63,030 nt of DNA, filler included, from Octopus bimaculoides (GCF_001194135.2; 7 parts of 7 records of this genome joined end to end with filler, not necessarily neighbours in it); one strand, 5' to 3'. Counted from the first letter of the whole stretch, positions 1 through 12,285 are shown. Numbers and translations: made by a program. Notes: generated by a model not told the origin, from the sequence alone.

Positions 1-52
<52 letters not shown>

Positions 53-399
53 CTGTCTGTATTGAAGTATACACAAAAAGAATTAGACCTTAATATATCA
101 AATAGAGGATAGTTTAATTAATTATTACAATATCAGGATATACAGTAAATTGTTGTCATAAAACGGTACTCTGATAACCCACATAGGTAGATTACCATTT
201 TCAGCCACTGTATATAACAAAATTATATGGAAAAACAAAAAACAGAATTTTTAAAAAATGCATCACAACAATAAAATTCAAGGGGAGCAAATCATGTCAA
301 ATTGAAAATAACGAAAATATATATCGAAGGGAAGTAACTCTTATATCTATATTGCCTGCAAATATATATATATATAATGTGAGGAACAAGTCCTGGGGG

Positions 400-1205
400 T
401 GGGGAAAACCCCCTAGCAGGAGTATTGTGATATGTGGACAAGTTCCAAACAGCTCGGACCTTGAATTTAAACATGTATTTGGATGTAATGAACTCTTCCA
501 GATGAGCCCTCTCTCCATTTCACACAGACCGCATTTATCACTGCCATTAGAATAAGGTTTGCATTTTGCCAATATTTTCAAGCTAATGCTGTAGTTAACT
601 CCTTACTCTTTTAAAGACCAAATATAAATTTTGCCTTGAAATTTCTCTCTGTAAGACCCACATAATTTTTTTAGCTACAGCTGCATTGCTATTGCTGGTA
701 GAACTGGCCGCACACAAACAAGGCACCATTCATCGGGAACTGGTCTTACGTCTGCAAGAACAATCGGCTCCACCATGCTGTGCAGTTTTATTAATAATTA
801 TATTCTTGAAATTAGGTGTCGAACTAAAGCTAATTTTTAGATTATGCCTATTAAAGAGTTTTCTAAAATTATGCTGGCTTGAGAAATGCTTATCTATAAG
901 TGATAGGAAGTATTTACTTCTGTTAAAATTCACTTCCAGAGAGTAAGGAGGTGCGAACCAGATGATTTTCCTGTTTCTATATTTCCTATTCTTTATATCT
1001 GACCTAACATTGGGAGTATATACTAATTGTTCATTGAAGCCACTAGCTTTAAAAGCACTGTTATACAAAGGTGCAACACTATTAAAGATGTTTATATGAG
1101 ATGAAAGGTTAGAAATTCTTCTACTAACATTCTTGACTAAATTCTTTTAAACTATGGGTGTGTGGCAGGAACCTATGTTGATATAACTAATTCTATTATT
1201 GGTTT
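400..1205 (-). mobile_element. Penelope-like retroelement remnant (RT thumb, linker, GIY-YIG-type endonuclease), degenerate
   Basis: Minus-strand translation across stops and frameshifts gives KP..ISYINIGSCH...RRISNLSS...YNSAFKASGF, RNRKIIWFAPPYS...FLSLIDKHF...LKISFS, CSCRRK, YVGLTERNFK and KCGLCEMER...LNSRSELFGTCPH, the motif order of the C-terminal half of a PLE ORF. Confidence 0.85.
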
Positions 1206-1546
1206 TCCTACAGGGTTTATAGATATACTCCCGTAGACTGGCGTGCAGTGGTACGACATAAGGCCGAAGTTGACGAAAGCCTTCTTTTTAAGAGGCAAAA
1301 TAAAGTTGGAAGAGTGGTGAAGAAGTTTTGGATATTCTGATTGTCATAATCGACGGTGTGCCAATTTTATGTGTGTATGTGCGTGTATAAAGATATAATT
1401 AAAACAATACGGATACACCCACGTATCCACCCCACACACACACATATATAAAAGTTAAATAATGATGGTAGAAATTAATATTTTTAATTAATATCAATTT
1501 AAACCAGTGGCCTAGCATACTTAAAAAATCCGAAGACTATGAATTA

Positions 1547-1777
1547 TATTGCATATATAAATAAGAGGAATAGCCACCAAGGTGGATTCCTAATATACTA
1601 GAAGAAGATACCAGATACCACAAAGAATGTGTTATCAAGAAATTTCAGCAAACGCCAGAATGTAAGCGAGCAAGACAATAAACTCCAGAGCACATTCTTC
1701 GTCGTAAGACGATCTGGCGTCTTCTTCTAGCACATTAGGAATCCACCTTGGTGGTTATTCCTCTTATATATGTAATA
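1547..1777. repeat. Imperfect inverted repeat (~85-bp arms, ~60-bp spacer)
   Basis: ataagaggaatagccaccaaggtggattcctaatatactagaagaagataccagat (from 1561) is the near reverse complement of atctggcgtcttcttctagcacattaggaatccaccttggtggttattcctcttat (1712-1767); aagaatgtgt and gcacattctt extend the pairing inward. Confidence 0.9.
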
Positions 1778-3268
1778 CATACATACATATACATANNNNN
1801 NNNNNNNNNNNNNNNNNNNNNNNNNNNNNNNNNNNNNNNNNNNNNNNNNNNNNNNNNNNNNNNNNNNNNNNNNNNNNNNNNNNNNNNNNNNNNNNNNNNN
1901 NNNNNNNNNNNNNNNNNNNNNNNNNNNNNNNNNNNNNNNNNNNNNNNNNNNNNNNNNNNNNNNNNNNNNNNNNNNNNNNNNNNNNNNNNNNNNNNNNNNN
2001 NNNNNNNNNNNNNNNNNNNNNNNNNNNNNNNNNNNNNNNNNNNNNNNNNNNNNNNNNNNNNNNNNNNNNNNNNNNNNNNNNNNNNNNNNNNNNNNNNNNN
2101 NNNNNNNNNNNNNNNNNNNNNNNNNNNNNNNNNNNNNNNNNNNNNNNNNNNNNNNNNNNNNNNNNNNNNNNNNNNNNNNNNNNNNNNNNNNNNNNNNNNN
2201 NNNNNNNNNNNNNNNAAAAATGTATGTGTATGTGTATGTATATATATATATTTGTATGTTTCTGTATGCATTTATACATGTATATGTATAAGTTTCAGAA
2301 AATATTAGAATAGTGGAATAAAAGTCAATCAAAATAAGAGATCTCTCAAAAATCTATTTCCTTAATTTTTGACTACTGTTTCTGGCACAAATATTTACAC
2401 AATTTTGATTTTGAAGTATCTAAAAAATTATTTGGGAATTATAAAGGGAATCGAATGGTAGATTTGGATTGTCCATATTTTAAAACCACGAATTAAAAAA
2501 AAAAAAAGCATTGTGTGTCAAATTTTTTCTCCAGAAGTTCGTGGCTTCATAGGAATAAGCATGGAAAACTGCATCAAGATAACAAATTTTCAGAATTTTT
2601 ACTTCCTTTTAAAAAATCAGATTTGTGAATGAAACAAACGAGATCCTGTAGAAGAAATGAACGTTTAATATGACAAATTTCCAGATTTTTTTAGGTCATT
2701 TTAAAAGGGGGCTGATTTTGTGACTCAAACTGACTAGATCCAAGTACAGTGACTACCATCCTCCACAATTTCTTACTCATATGAAGTACATATGTATTTC
2801 AACAATTTCTATCATATATACTCTCTTTCTTGAGCATAAAAAATCCTTTCCCTGGTGACAACTTATATGTCAAGGGAAATCGGAAAGGTTTGAAATGATT
2901 TCATCGGCATAGGCATGTACCAAAGAGCTCTCTTTCGATAGACAACAAGTTGATCTCATAAGTGTCAAGTGTTGAAAATAAGCGCAATTACCAAACTTTC
3001 AATTGTGTATTTCGTTTTCTTCGCATTTCAATTTGTACATCTGTACTCCTATATATATATAGAATGAGTAACCACGGCCCATTATCAGGAAGCAATAAAA
3101 ACGTAAAGTAGGGATAGCCCACAACAGGACAGAAAATGCAGACTGTCCATAGAAAGAGAGAGAGGGTATCATAGCAATTCAATCAGCCCAACCTTTCTGC
3201 TACAGGTAAAAAACAAATGTTAATAACGGTTATTCCCTCTTTTCTCTCTTTCTCTCTTTCTCCTCTTC

Positions 3269-3299
<31 letters not shown>

Positions 3300-3353
3300 T
3301 CCCTCTCTCTCTCTCCTCGTTTGTTGAATATTTCTTCCTCTGTTTTTCAACAG

Positions 3354-3479
3354 AGTGCTCTGACTATCGGTTTGGTAAAGATTGCAGTCAAGAGTGTAAG
3401 TGTCGGAATATTTCCGAGGTTTGTAATCCGGTCACAGGTGCATGTCGTTCTGGAAAATTTGTTGAAAAGAAACCCAAAG
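3354..3479 (+). CDS. Internal exon encoding an EGF-like repeat (MEGF10/SCARF/Draper-type)
   Basis: Acceptor tttttcaacAG, donor GTaagg; 126 bp, phase 1-1; CSDYRFGKDCSQECKCRNISEVCNPVTGACRSGKFVEKKPK has the C-x-x-x-x-F-G-x-x-C-x-x-x-C-x-C...C-x-x-x-T-G-x-C spacing typical of these repeats. Confidence 0.88.
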
Positions 3480-3559
3480 GTAAGGATAAAAAATTACGTG
3501 TCTTTATACAAACAACAATTATCTGTAAGCTGTCAGTATTATTATTACTACTATATAAT

Positions 3560-4190
3560 AAGCCGGGCGAATTTCTTAGCGGTAATTAATCTACCGCTAT
3601 GTTCTTAGTTCAAATGCCGACGAGGTCGACTTTGCCTTTCATCCTTTCGGAGTCGATGAAACAAGTACCAGTGAAGTGCTGGACTCGATGTAAAACCAGA
3701 AGAAATATTGATTTCAAATTTTGGCACAAAAATTTTCAAAGCCTTGTGCCTAGAGTAGAAATAATTGTTACTACTATATAAGGCTGCAAAGGCGGTGAAC
3801 GGGGAATCTTTAGCACGCCGAACAAAATGCTTAACGGAATTTCGTCCTTCTTTAATTTCTGAGTTGATGTTCCACCGAGATCCAATTTGTCTATCCTCCT
3901 TTCGAGATCGATAAAGAAAGTACCCAGTAGCCCCTCTCTCAATCCTCAGGCCTTGAGCCTATTCTAGAAAGGATTATGTAAGGTAGAAAGCTCGCAGTAT
4001 CGTTTACTCGCCGGGCAAAATACTTAGTAATATTTCTTCCGACTTTAAGGCGGCAAGCCGGCAGAAGCCCCGGTCAGATTTTCCTTTCATTCTTTCGGAG
4101 TCAATAAAATAGGTACCCGTTGAACTCTAGGTTCGATGCAATCGATTATACTCTCCTCGAAAGTGCTGACCAAAAAATGAAATAATTATT
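3560..4190 (+). mobile_element. Cluster of three or more same-orientation copies of SINE family A (ggcggcgagctggcagaa...gaggtcgactttgcctttcatcctttcgg type)
   Basis: Repeated blocks gaggtcgactttgcctttcatcctttcgg...aagtaccag...ggccttg, also present many times elsewhere in the window. Confidence 0.8.
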
Positions 4191-4585
4191 ATAGTTGCTG
4201 TTTTTTATCTACTCAGCCCTCTCCATTACTTTTCTCTGATATAAGAAAAAGTGAATTTAAAAAACTCATTGGTGCTGTGAATCATTGTCTGGCATACGCA
4301 TTTCAGGCAGTATTAAATTCATATAAAGATTTATGTATCATTTCTTGTCCGTGTATGTTGGTGACTGCGAGCACACCCAAAAGGTCAAAATGCATCTGGC
4401 GTTCTCGCTGACCGCTGTTGGAACGAATTTTTGTCTCCCACTGATATTTATTTTGTTTTTAACTCAGCGTGTCCAAAATAGATGCCGCATTAACTGGCTT
4501 ATTGGCATTGTGTTTGCATTAAGTATGATATATACATTTTAATCGATTATTTTAATTGAAATACGCCCTCAATTGCATATACCGG

Positions 4586-4648
<63 letters not shown>

Positions 4649-4664
4649 TACATACATACATACA

Positions 4665-4700
<36 letters not shown>

Positions 4701-4749
4701 TATACATTAAAATGAAGTAGTTTTGATGAAGCATTGTGAGGTATCGGCC

Positions 4750-4798
<49 letters not shown>

Positions 4799-4871
4799 AT
4801 GCATATGTGTGTATATATGTGTGTATGCTTGTGTGTGTGTGTATCAATTTTATCTTATTTTTTTCTTTCAG

Positions 4872-5047
4872 TCCCCCCACGAAACGAAACGACAGAGATG
4901 GTCACCAGCGAGGAACCTTCCTCCACCATCATCGCCTTAAGTGTGATATTAATTATATCAATATGCGTTATAGCTGTATTAGGTATATTACTCATTCAAA
5001 AATCTAATTTTGTCAACCGATTTTCCATAACCCGCCTCCAGTTTTAG
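4872..5047 (+). CDS. Juxtamembrane and transmembrane exon of the same receptor (3' boundary ambiguous: 4982 or 5047)
   Basis: Acceptor ttttctttcAG in phase 1 matches the EGF exon; VPPRNETTEMVTSEEPSST followed by hydrophobic IIALSVILIISICVIAVLGILLI, then QK. In-frame TAG at 5045-5047 is immediately followed by GTAAGT. Confidence 0.75.
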
Positions 5048-5688
5048 GTAAGTATTCCCGTACATATTTGCTTCTTTTTGTGGGTGAGGGTGAAAGAGCT
5101 TTGACTCTTTGAACTCGCGAGAACGCTTTAACGGGTTCGATTTTCAATGACTGAAAAACGGTGGCGACATTTTTCCTTTTTCTGTGTGTGTTTACAGCTG
5201 AAACTAACGATGTTTCTGGCAATTAGCGAACTGTAAACAAGCCACATGCCTGCCCGTTTTTTGCACCTTCCAAGAATATAGTCAAACGAAATCAAACCTG
5301 TTAAAGTGTTCTCGCAGGCTGAAAGGGTTAAAAGTTCATACACGAAACAATTCCTGCAGTGAATAGCCGGACTAAATCGAACCCCAAACTTGTTATTCAC
5401 CAACAAGCACGCTCTGTTTGAATTCAGTTATGTCCCTTTATGCTCGCAGATCAAGGGTCGCATTTGCCGTCCGTCCGTTCTGGTTCCATAAAAATAAATA
5501 CCAGTCTTGTACTAAATGAGATGTCATTAAGGATATATTTTAGATGAAAACTAAAATAGTTTTTTTTTTCTTCAAATAGAAATCTAACATGAAACCAAAT
5601 TTTAAAGTTAAATTTAAGTTTACTGTTTGTTTGGAATTGCTCCTTGCCTTCTCTGCTGTGTTATTGTTCTTGTTATTTATCCTTAGGT

Positions 5689-6064
5689 GGAGGCGCAATG
5701 GCCCAGTGATTAGGGCAGCGAACTCGCGGTCATAGGATCGCGGTTTCGATTCCCAGACCGGGCGTTGTGAATGTTTATTGAGCGAAAACACCTAAAGCTC
5801 CACGAGGCTCCGGAAGGGGATGGTGGCGAACCCTGCTGTACTCTTTCACCACAACTTCCTCTCACTCTTACTTCCTGTTTCTGTTGTGCCTGTATTTCAA
5901 AGGGCCAGCCTTGTCACTCTGTGTCACGCTGAATATCCTCGAGAACTACGTTAAGGGTACACGTGTCTGTGGAGTGCTCAGCCACTTGCACGTTAATTTC
6001 ACGAGCAGGCTGTTCCGTTGATCGGATCAACTGGAACCCTCGACGTCGTAAGCGACGGAGTGCC
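5689..6064 (+). mobile_element. tRNA-derived SINE, family C, near full length
   Basis: tRNA-like head with A box (tggcccagtgattagg) and B box (ggtttcgattcc), then a ~300-bp body; a partial reverse copy lies at 36540-36735. Confidence 0.85.
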
Positions 6065-7392
6065 GACAACAAATCATTTGCAAGGCAAATGGAAAAAAAC
6101 TACAACAACAAAGATGAAATTGAAAACAACAACTAAAATGAAACCACAGAACCAAAAAACAAATTACATTAACTTCTTCGTTCAACACACATGGTATGAC
6201 TTCTGTCAGAGGAGAGGTATTACCCCTGTTTTCAGGACGAGCAAAGTTGGTGCGGGAAGAGAGGGAGTTATTTTTAGTCAGGAGATCCGAACGAAAAGTT
6301 TAAAATTGTGTGAAATCCACAAAAAGCATTCCAGGGCCAGATGATGATGTGAAACTAGGCAACGGATTAAATTTACAACGGTCTCTTGTTTCAAAGGTTT
6401 TGCATTCTAATCCAGGGCAAGTGCTTTGTTGTCTGCATTTCAATAAGAATCTAGTTTCAGCTGTTTACAATATGTACCGCTTCATCGGATTAATGTAGTC
6501 CTAGTTACACTGTGCATGAAAATGACTGGATTGACAGTGTTACCACGAATGGAACGCCTTTGATCACACGTTAGTCCGATTGCGGTTGATATAAGATAAA
6601 ATAACATCTAAAACCAAGTGTTGCTGGTTAGTTTCCAGTTTACCACCCAGCCGCAAGTCACGCGAGACTATACTGGAGTTTCTAGGTGGTCAGTTGCCAT
6701 GCTAAAAACAACCATGATTCCTTCCTCAAATTATTGGAAAGCTGTGTTGGGTGGTGTAGTCTTCAGCAGAAACACCTAAGAAGAGAGGATGACCAGAGCT
6801 GGACGGTATTTGATAACAGGTCTATTTGATCTTGATCTGTCCGTTATGAATAACAACAAAAACAGTCTCCCTTCTATGTTGAAATTTATATCTGTTGATG
6901 TAAAACAATTTTGATGTTAGTAAATATAGAAGTCTAATCTTGTATTTCATTGTATAACATTGCAGGTAACTACGGCTGTAAACCAAGCACCTGAATTCCC
7001 AAATGAAACTTTCCGGCATCATACCATAAACTTCATAAACACTGTTATCATTTTTATTATTATTGTTATTCCGGGGAACGCAGCTGCGATAGGGAATATA
7101 CGCTCAGCAATAAGATGAATCAGTGATCGGCGGGGTTCTCTGTTTGACCCACGTGGGGATCTCTCGTATCTGGAGGTTACATCTCATTTTCCTTTATGCT
7201 ATTTTTTATGTTATCTCATTCATGATTTTATATAAACCTCATTGTAATGTATCATTTCAATACCTTCTCATCCGCCACTGTTATCACAAATAAAGAAATT
7301 ATTATTATTATTATTGTTGTTGTTGTTGTTGTTGTTGTTATTATTATTATTGTTATTATTATTATTATTATTGTTATTATTATTATTATCAA

Positions 7393-7603
7393 GGCGTCGA
7401 ACTGGCAGAATCATTAGCGCGCCGGATGAAATGCTTGGCGGTATTTCGCCCGTCGTTACGTTCTGAGTTCAAATTCCGCCGAGGTCGACTTTACCTTTCC
7501 TCCTTTCGGGGTCGATAAAATAAGTACCAGTTGAACACTAGAGTCGATGTAATCGACTCATCCCCTCCCCAAAAATTGCTACCCTTGTGGCAAAAATTTG
7601 AAA
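7393..7603 (+). mobile_element. SINE family A, CpG-intact copy
   Basis: ggcgtcgaactggcagaatcattagcgcgccgg...gttcaaattccgccgaggtcgac...; flanked by (ATT/GTT)n. Confidence 0.85.
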
Positions 7604-7818
7604 TAATAATAATAATTATTATTGTTGTTGTTGTTGTTGTTGTTGTTTGCGTCGTTGTTATTTATTTGTTTTATACGAGTTGTTGCAAATTTCATCCAGT
7701 GACTTCAACAAACAGCAATTTAGACGTTTACTATGGATGCTGTATTTCAGGAAAAGGAGACCAAATGCGGAGAAAATTCCACTAAAAATCTGTTGTAATG
7801 TTTGCGATTTTAAAAGAT

Positions 7819-8001
7819 TCAAATATTCTCAGATTGACAGTGTTTTCTTAGGATATGCGCTCTACCCATGAGAACAATTTTTTGTAGCTCTGACACTTTT
7901 ACATTTCCGGGTATTTGATCATAGTGTTTAAGGCAGCCGTTTGATACTATTCCCAAAACTCCGATGATTACAGGTATAGTTGTCGCACTTGGATACCACA
8001 T
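7819..8001 (-). mobile_element. 3' fragment of an RLE-endonuclease non-LTR retrotransposon (R4/NeSL-like)
   Basis: MW...TTIPVIIGVLGIV...KHYDQIPG...SELQKIVLMGRAHILRK resembles the P-V-(I/V)-x-G-x-L-G ... QK..L...AHILRK C-terminus of RLE LINEs. Confidence 0.75.
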
Positions 8002-8827
8002 TTTAAAGACCCTATTTCAAGGTACTTTTATAAACTTTACTTTACAAGCGATTTTACAGAGATGTTGCAGTCTACTAGAATCTAGGGTTAAACATGCTTT
8101 GTCAAATTGATTTTTCTAACCACAATATCTATTGGCCTGAATAATTCGATCAGCTTAAATATCGTTATCATTTCACGGCGTTGGTGTTGTAACAAATTTC
8201 ATTATGCTTCCCTATCGAACCACAACTCTTGTTTTAGGACGAGGAGCCTCTGTGTAAAAATATTTTTCAACTCATATCTGTTCTTACTTTGTATTAAGGA
8301 ATCTCGGGATAAATTGTTGCTGAACCTACTATAGATATTTTCTGCACTATTAAGGGCAAATTTTCCGAGGTTTGCTTTCATATTATCACTTTTCCCAAAT
8401 CCCAAGTGCTAGTTAGCGCATTAGGTTGACATTGCTTTTCATCCTTTCGGGGTCGATAAAGTAAGTACCAGCTGAGCACTGGGGTCGATGTAATCGACTA
8501 TCCCCCTCCCCAGATTTCTTCCGTTGTAGATTTAATAGTCACATACCAACCTTGTTATGTTGGCTCGTGTATTGTTGTGTAGTGCCGCGTAATAAAGTGT
8601 AGTTCTGTGTATTGTATTTCCATATTGTGTAACGTGGTATTGGAGTTGTTTCCTTATCGTTTTTAAAATGGATGTTAATTGGTTAACATGCAGTTGAGGA
8701 GCTTACAAAGGTTTGGAAGAAAATGGACTTGTAATGAACACAGTGATATCCGATGTGTTGCATATGAGCAATCTTGGGATCACAATCAATGTAACTTGAA
8801 AATAACTATTTTTATACTGGATTTGCG

Positions 8828-9175
8828 GAGTTGGCCTCGGGCACCTGACCACGCAGAGCACCCAAATTCCGTTTCCGAGATCAGCTCAGTGCCACTCTAC
8901 TCCCCCGTTCCATCAACCCAAATACCTGGGAGACAATCCCTAAGGACCATCCAAAGTGGTGGCATATCATCGTCAAGGGAACGGACTAGATGAAAAATAA
9001 TAGACGTCAAGAGGCAGAGATCAAACGTCGAAGACACAGAGAGCGATTCGCACTTCATCGTCCACCGACAACCCACTCCTGCGATAAGTGCCCTCGGCTC
9101 TTCTATACCGCCTTTGGCCTCAACATCCACCTCAAGCATCGGCACTCTTCGCTCAAATCAGGATGAAGAGGCTCA
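8828..9175 (+). mobile_element. RTE-clade LINE 3' fragment, degenerate
   Basis: ELASGT*PRRAPKFRFRDQL...INPNTWET...DHPKW...KRRR and a C-terminal CDKC...GLNIH...H zinc-finger-like motif. Confidence 0.75.
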
Positions 9176-9254
9176 ATCACTAGCTAGATATTAAATACTC
9201 AGATACGTGCTAATACCGAAAAGAAGTAATTATACTGGAACGGTGTACCACAGT

Positions 9255-9860
9255 TATTATTATTGTGGCCAGGTTCAAACCCGTAGCAACAAAAGTCACT
9301 CACCACATTTCTCGGTCCACCATCATTGCCTCGAGATCCTGGATAGATCCCAGACCAGTATCTGCAAGTTAATTGCCGATGTAAGTGTGACGACGTTTCC
9401 CTCTTCTTACACCACCATGAAGTGGGTTCTACAAGACTAATTTGAATGCATCAAGTTCAGGGTGACGCATGAAGTGATCAGATAATCGCAGCCGTCTTTG
9501 CCTGATCTTGTCGCTAACTTTCGGCAGGTCTCCATAATGGCATTCGTTTGCCATATATTGCTGCCATTTCACATTTGGGGTCATTTTTAGCATCCTTGTG
9601 TAGCATCTCTTTAGCCCGTTTGGTAATTTCTTTGTTAGTGTCCATATTTCACAGCCATATAATAGAATTGATTCGACAGGTACACTGAACAGCTTGATTA
9701 TGATTTGCCTCGACAATTTGGAGTTTGAGACCTTCTTTAGTTTGTGAGAGGCTGTTCATACTTCTGCCTTCCTGATCTTGATGTCTGCTTTCGAACTACT
9801 CCCCCCCCCCAACCACCTAAACACTTGAAGTCTTCAGCAACATTCACTTTGCAAATTTTG
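9255..9860 (-). mobile_element. RTE/RTE-X-like LINE, RT C-terminal fragment with (AAT)n tail
   Basis: ORF 9429-9716: VESILLYGCEIWTLTK...CYTRML...YGDLPKVSDKIRQRRLRL..H..RHPE. Confidence 0.8.
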
Positions 9861-11489
9861 AAATACTTAAGATAACACTTGAGCGGACTATACATGTAGG
9901 AGTCTGTAGACGCATAATCATTTGTTCTCTTTTAATGAAATTAAATGTCATCGTCTCTTTCAGGATATTTACTTACATTTTCTAAGCCCCTAAACTGCNN
10001 NNNNNNNNNNNNNNNNNNNNNNNNNNNNNNNNNNNNNNNNNNNNNNNNNNNNNNNNNNNNNNNNNNNNNNNNNNNNNNNNNNNNNNNNNNNNNNNNNNNN
10101 NNNNNNNNNNNNNNNNNNNNNNNNNNNNNNNNNNNNNNNNNNNNNNNNNNNNNNNNNNNNNNNNNNNNNNNNNNNNNNNNNNNNNNNNNNNNNNNNNNNN
10201 NNNNNNNNNNNNNNNNNNNNNNNNNNNNNNNNNNNNNNNNNNNNNNNNNNNNNNNNNNNNNNNNNNNNNNNNNNNNNNNNNNNNNNNNNNNNNNNNNNNN
10301 NNNNNNNNNNNNNNNNNNNNNNNNNNNNNNNNNNNNNNNNNNNNNNNNNNNNNNNNNNNNNNNNNNNNNNNNNNNNNNNNNNNNNNNNNNNNNNNNNNNN
10401 NNNNNNNNNNNNNNNNNNNNNNNNNNNNNNNNNNNNNNNNNNNNNNNNNNNNNNNNNNNNNNNNNNNNNNNNNNNNNNNNNNNNNNNNNNNNNNNNNNNN
10501 NNNNNNNNNNNNNNNNNNNNNNNNNNNNNNNNNNNNNNNNNNNNNNNNNNNNNNNNNNNNNNNNNNNNNNNNNNNNNNNNNNNNNNNNNNNNNNNNNNNN
10601 NNNNNNNNNGTTCTTTTTCTTTATACATCATAACGACAAATACATTTTTTTTCTCGGAAGAATATTTAGACAAACCTTTGCTGTAATAACTTCCTTTCTT
10701 TCACAAACACCGTATGGTCCAAGAAGTAAACAACTGACTACTGCTATCTCTTTTGGCTGCCAGAATCCCATCTCTCTGAGACTCTATGCATTTCTGCTGA
10801 CTATAGCTTTCTCTCTGTCAGACTTATCATTCTTCATCTTCACTTCATCCAACTCGACTGCTACCAACTCCTCGGGCAAACTGCTGTCCCCAACTGCTTC
10901 GGCTGACTGCTACCACTCGACTGCCGCCAAATCCTCCGGCCAACTGCTTCGCTTCAATCCCTGTTCGCGTATTTATCACAAAATACCGTAGCTCAATCGT
11001 GCTACCTTACCCCCTCCCAAAGCTGGGTCAGTTCAGTACGATTCCTATCCTGCTTTTCTGAACTTTCGCTGACCGGAAAGGGGCAGCGATCACTCCTACG
11101 CTAAAAATAGCTGTGGTTGTTGACAAGACAAAGGAAATGCCATTGCCACCAATAACCAGAATACGGTTTCAAAACCCAGCTCGGGAGATAGGGATATAAC
11201 ACTAATTGTATTTTCGGTGGTCGCATCAATATGTTTCTCGCTACATATATGTAAGTCATCGATGGTGTCACGTTAAATCCCGAACAAAGAGTTCTTTATA
11301 TCGAATAACACTACATGAGTGGTCTCCCTTAGGTTGTAACTAAACAGTACAAAATTAGTTTGAAAAAACGCGTATAAGGGAGATAACTCTTAAGGCCATA
11401 AATTACGTGATGGCTATTGTAAGGGAACTAACTGAGATGATTATTAGACATTTGATTTACTATCTGATCGTAATAATGCCCCCCCCCCT

Positions 11490-11589
11490 NNNNNNNNNNN
11501 NNNNNNNNNNNNNNNNNNNNNNNNNNNNNNNNNTTAATTAATTAANNNNNNNNNNNNNNNNNNNNNNNNNNNNNNNNNNNNNNNNNNNN
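11490..11589. other. Artificial 100-bp scaffold linker
   Basis: 44 N + TTAATTAATTAA (11534-11545) + 44 N; the palindrome places TAA in all six frames. Confidence 0.92.
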
Positions 11590-11857
11590 ATATATATATA
11601 TATATATATATAGATGTATGGGTATATATGCAGTGTTTGTGTGTACATATATATGTATGTATATACACACTGTATATATACATGTGCATACACACACACA
11701 GACAGGCATCTACGTGCAGTTGTGGATGTGTGTATTTACAGCAAGGTCATTGGAAGTACCAATGATAAAATATGCTTAAATATATTCAATACAATCAAAT
11801 GTACCTTTATCGATATGCAGTGAATACTGGTGAGTGGGTATATATGCGTATGTGGAC

Positions 11858-11906
<49 letters not shown>

Positions 11907-12121
11907 GGGGGGCTTTATTTTTGTTGTTGATACTTGGTTGGAGTTGTAGAGTGGTTCTAGGGCTGGGAGTTTCAGGCATGACCATTTTAGTTTTGTAAGT
12001 GACAGTTCAGGATAGTCTTGGCCCTAGACTCAAATCTGTAATTGTAACTTCTACACATATATATACACACACACATATATATATACATACACACACACAT
12101 ATCCAGATATTTTTAAATATC

Positions 12122-12285
12122 CAGGTGTGGTTGTGTGGTAAGAAGACTGCTTCCCAGCCATATGGTTTCAGGTTCAGTCCCACTGCATGACACCTTGGGC
12201 AAGTGTCTTCTCCTATAGCCTTGGGCTGATCAAAGCCTTGTGAGTGAATTTGGTAGACAGAAACTGAAAGAAACCCAATGCATAT
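12122..12285 (+). mobile_element. SINE family B, 5' part, CpG-decayed
   Basis: gtggttgtgtggtaag...ggttcagtcccactgc...accttgggcaagtgtcttc...gccttgtgagt...; same family as 16078, 20332 and 61521. Confidence 0.8.

Noticed and set aside
1265-1305. TTGACGA...GCC/GGC...AAAA hammerhead-like remnant (also CTGATAA on the minus strand at 3082-3088)
   Set aside because: Core nucleotides are mutated and stems I and III cannot be formed.
5689-5765. tRNA-like sequence with A and B boxes
   Set aside because: It continues into a ~300-bp repeat body found again at 36540; it is a SINE head, not a tRNA gene.
7751-7794. Candidate cytoplasmic exon RKRRPNAEKIPLKIC of the EGF-TM receptor
   Set aside because: Its phase 2 is incompatible with either donor of the TM exon as assembled; kept only as a hypothesis in the findings.
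11534-11545. Regularly recurring palindrome TTAATTAATTAA as a biological repeat or CRISPR-like unit
   Set aside because: It is always centred in exactly 88 N; an artificial linker.
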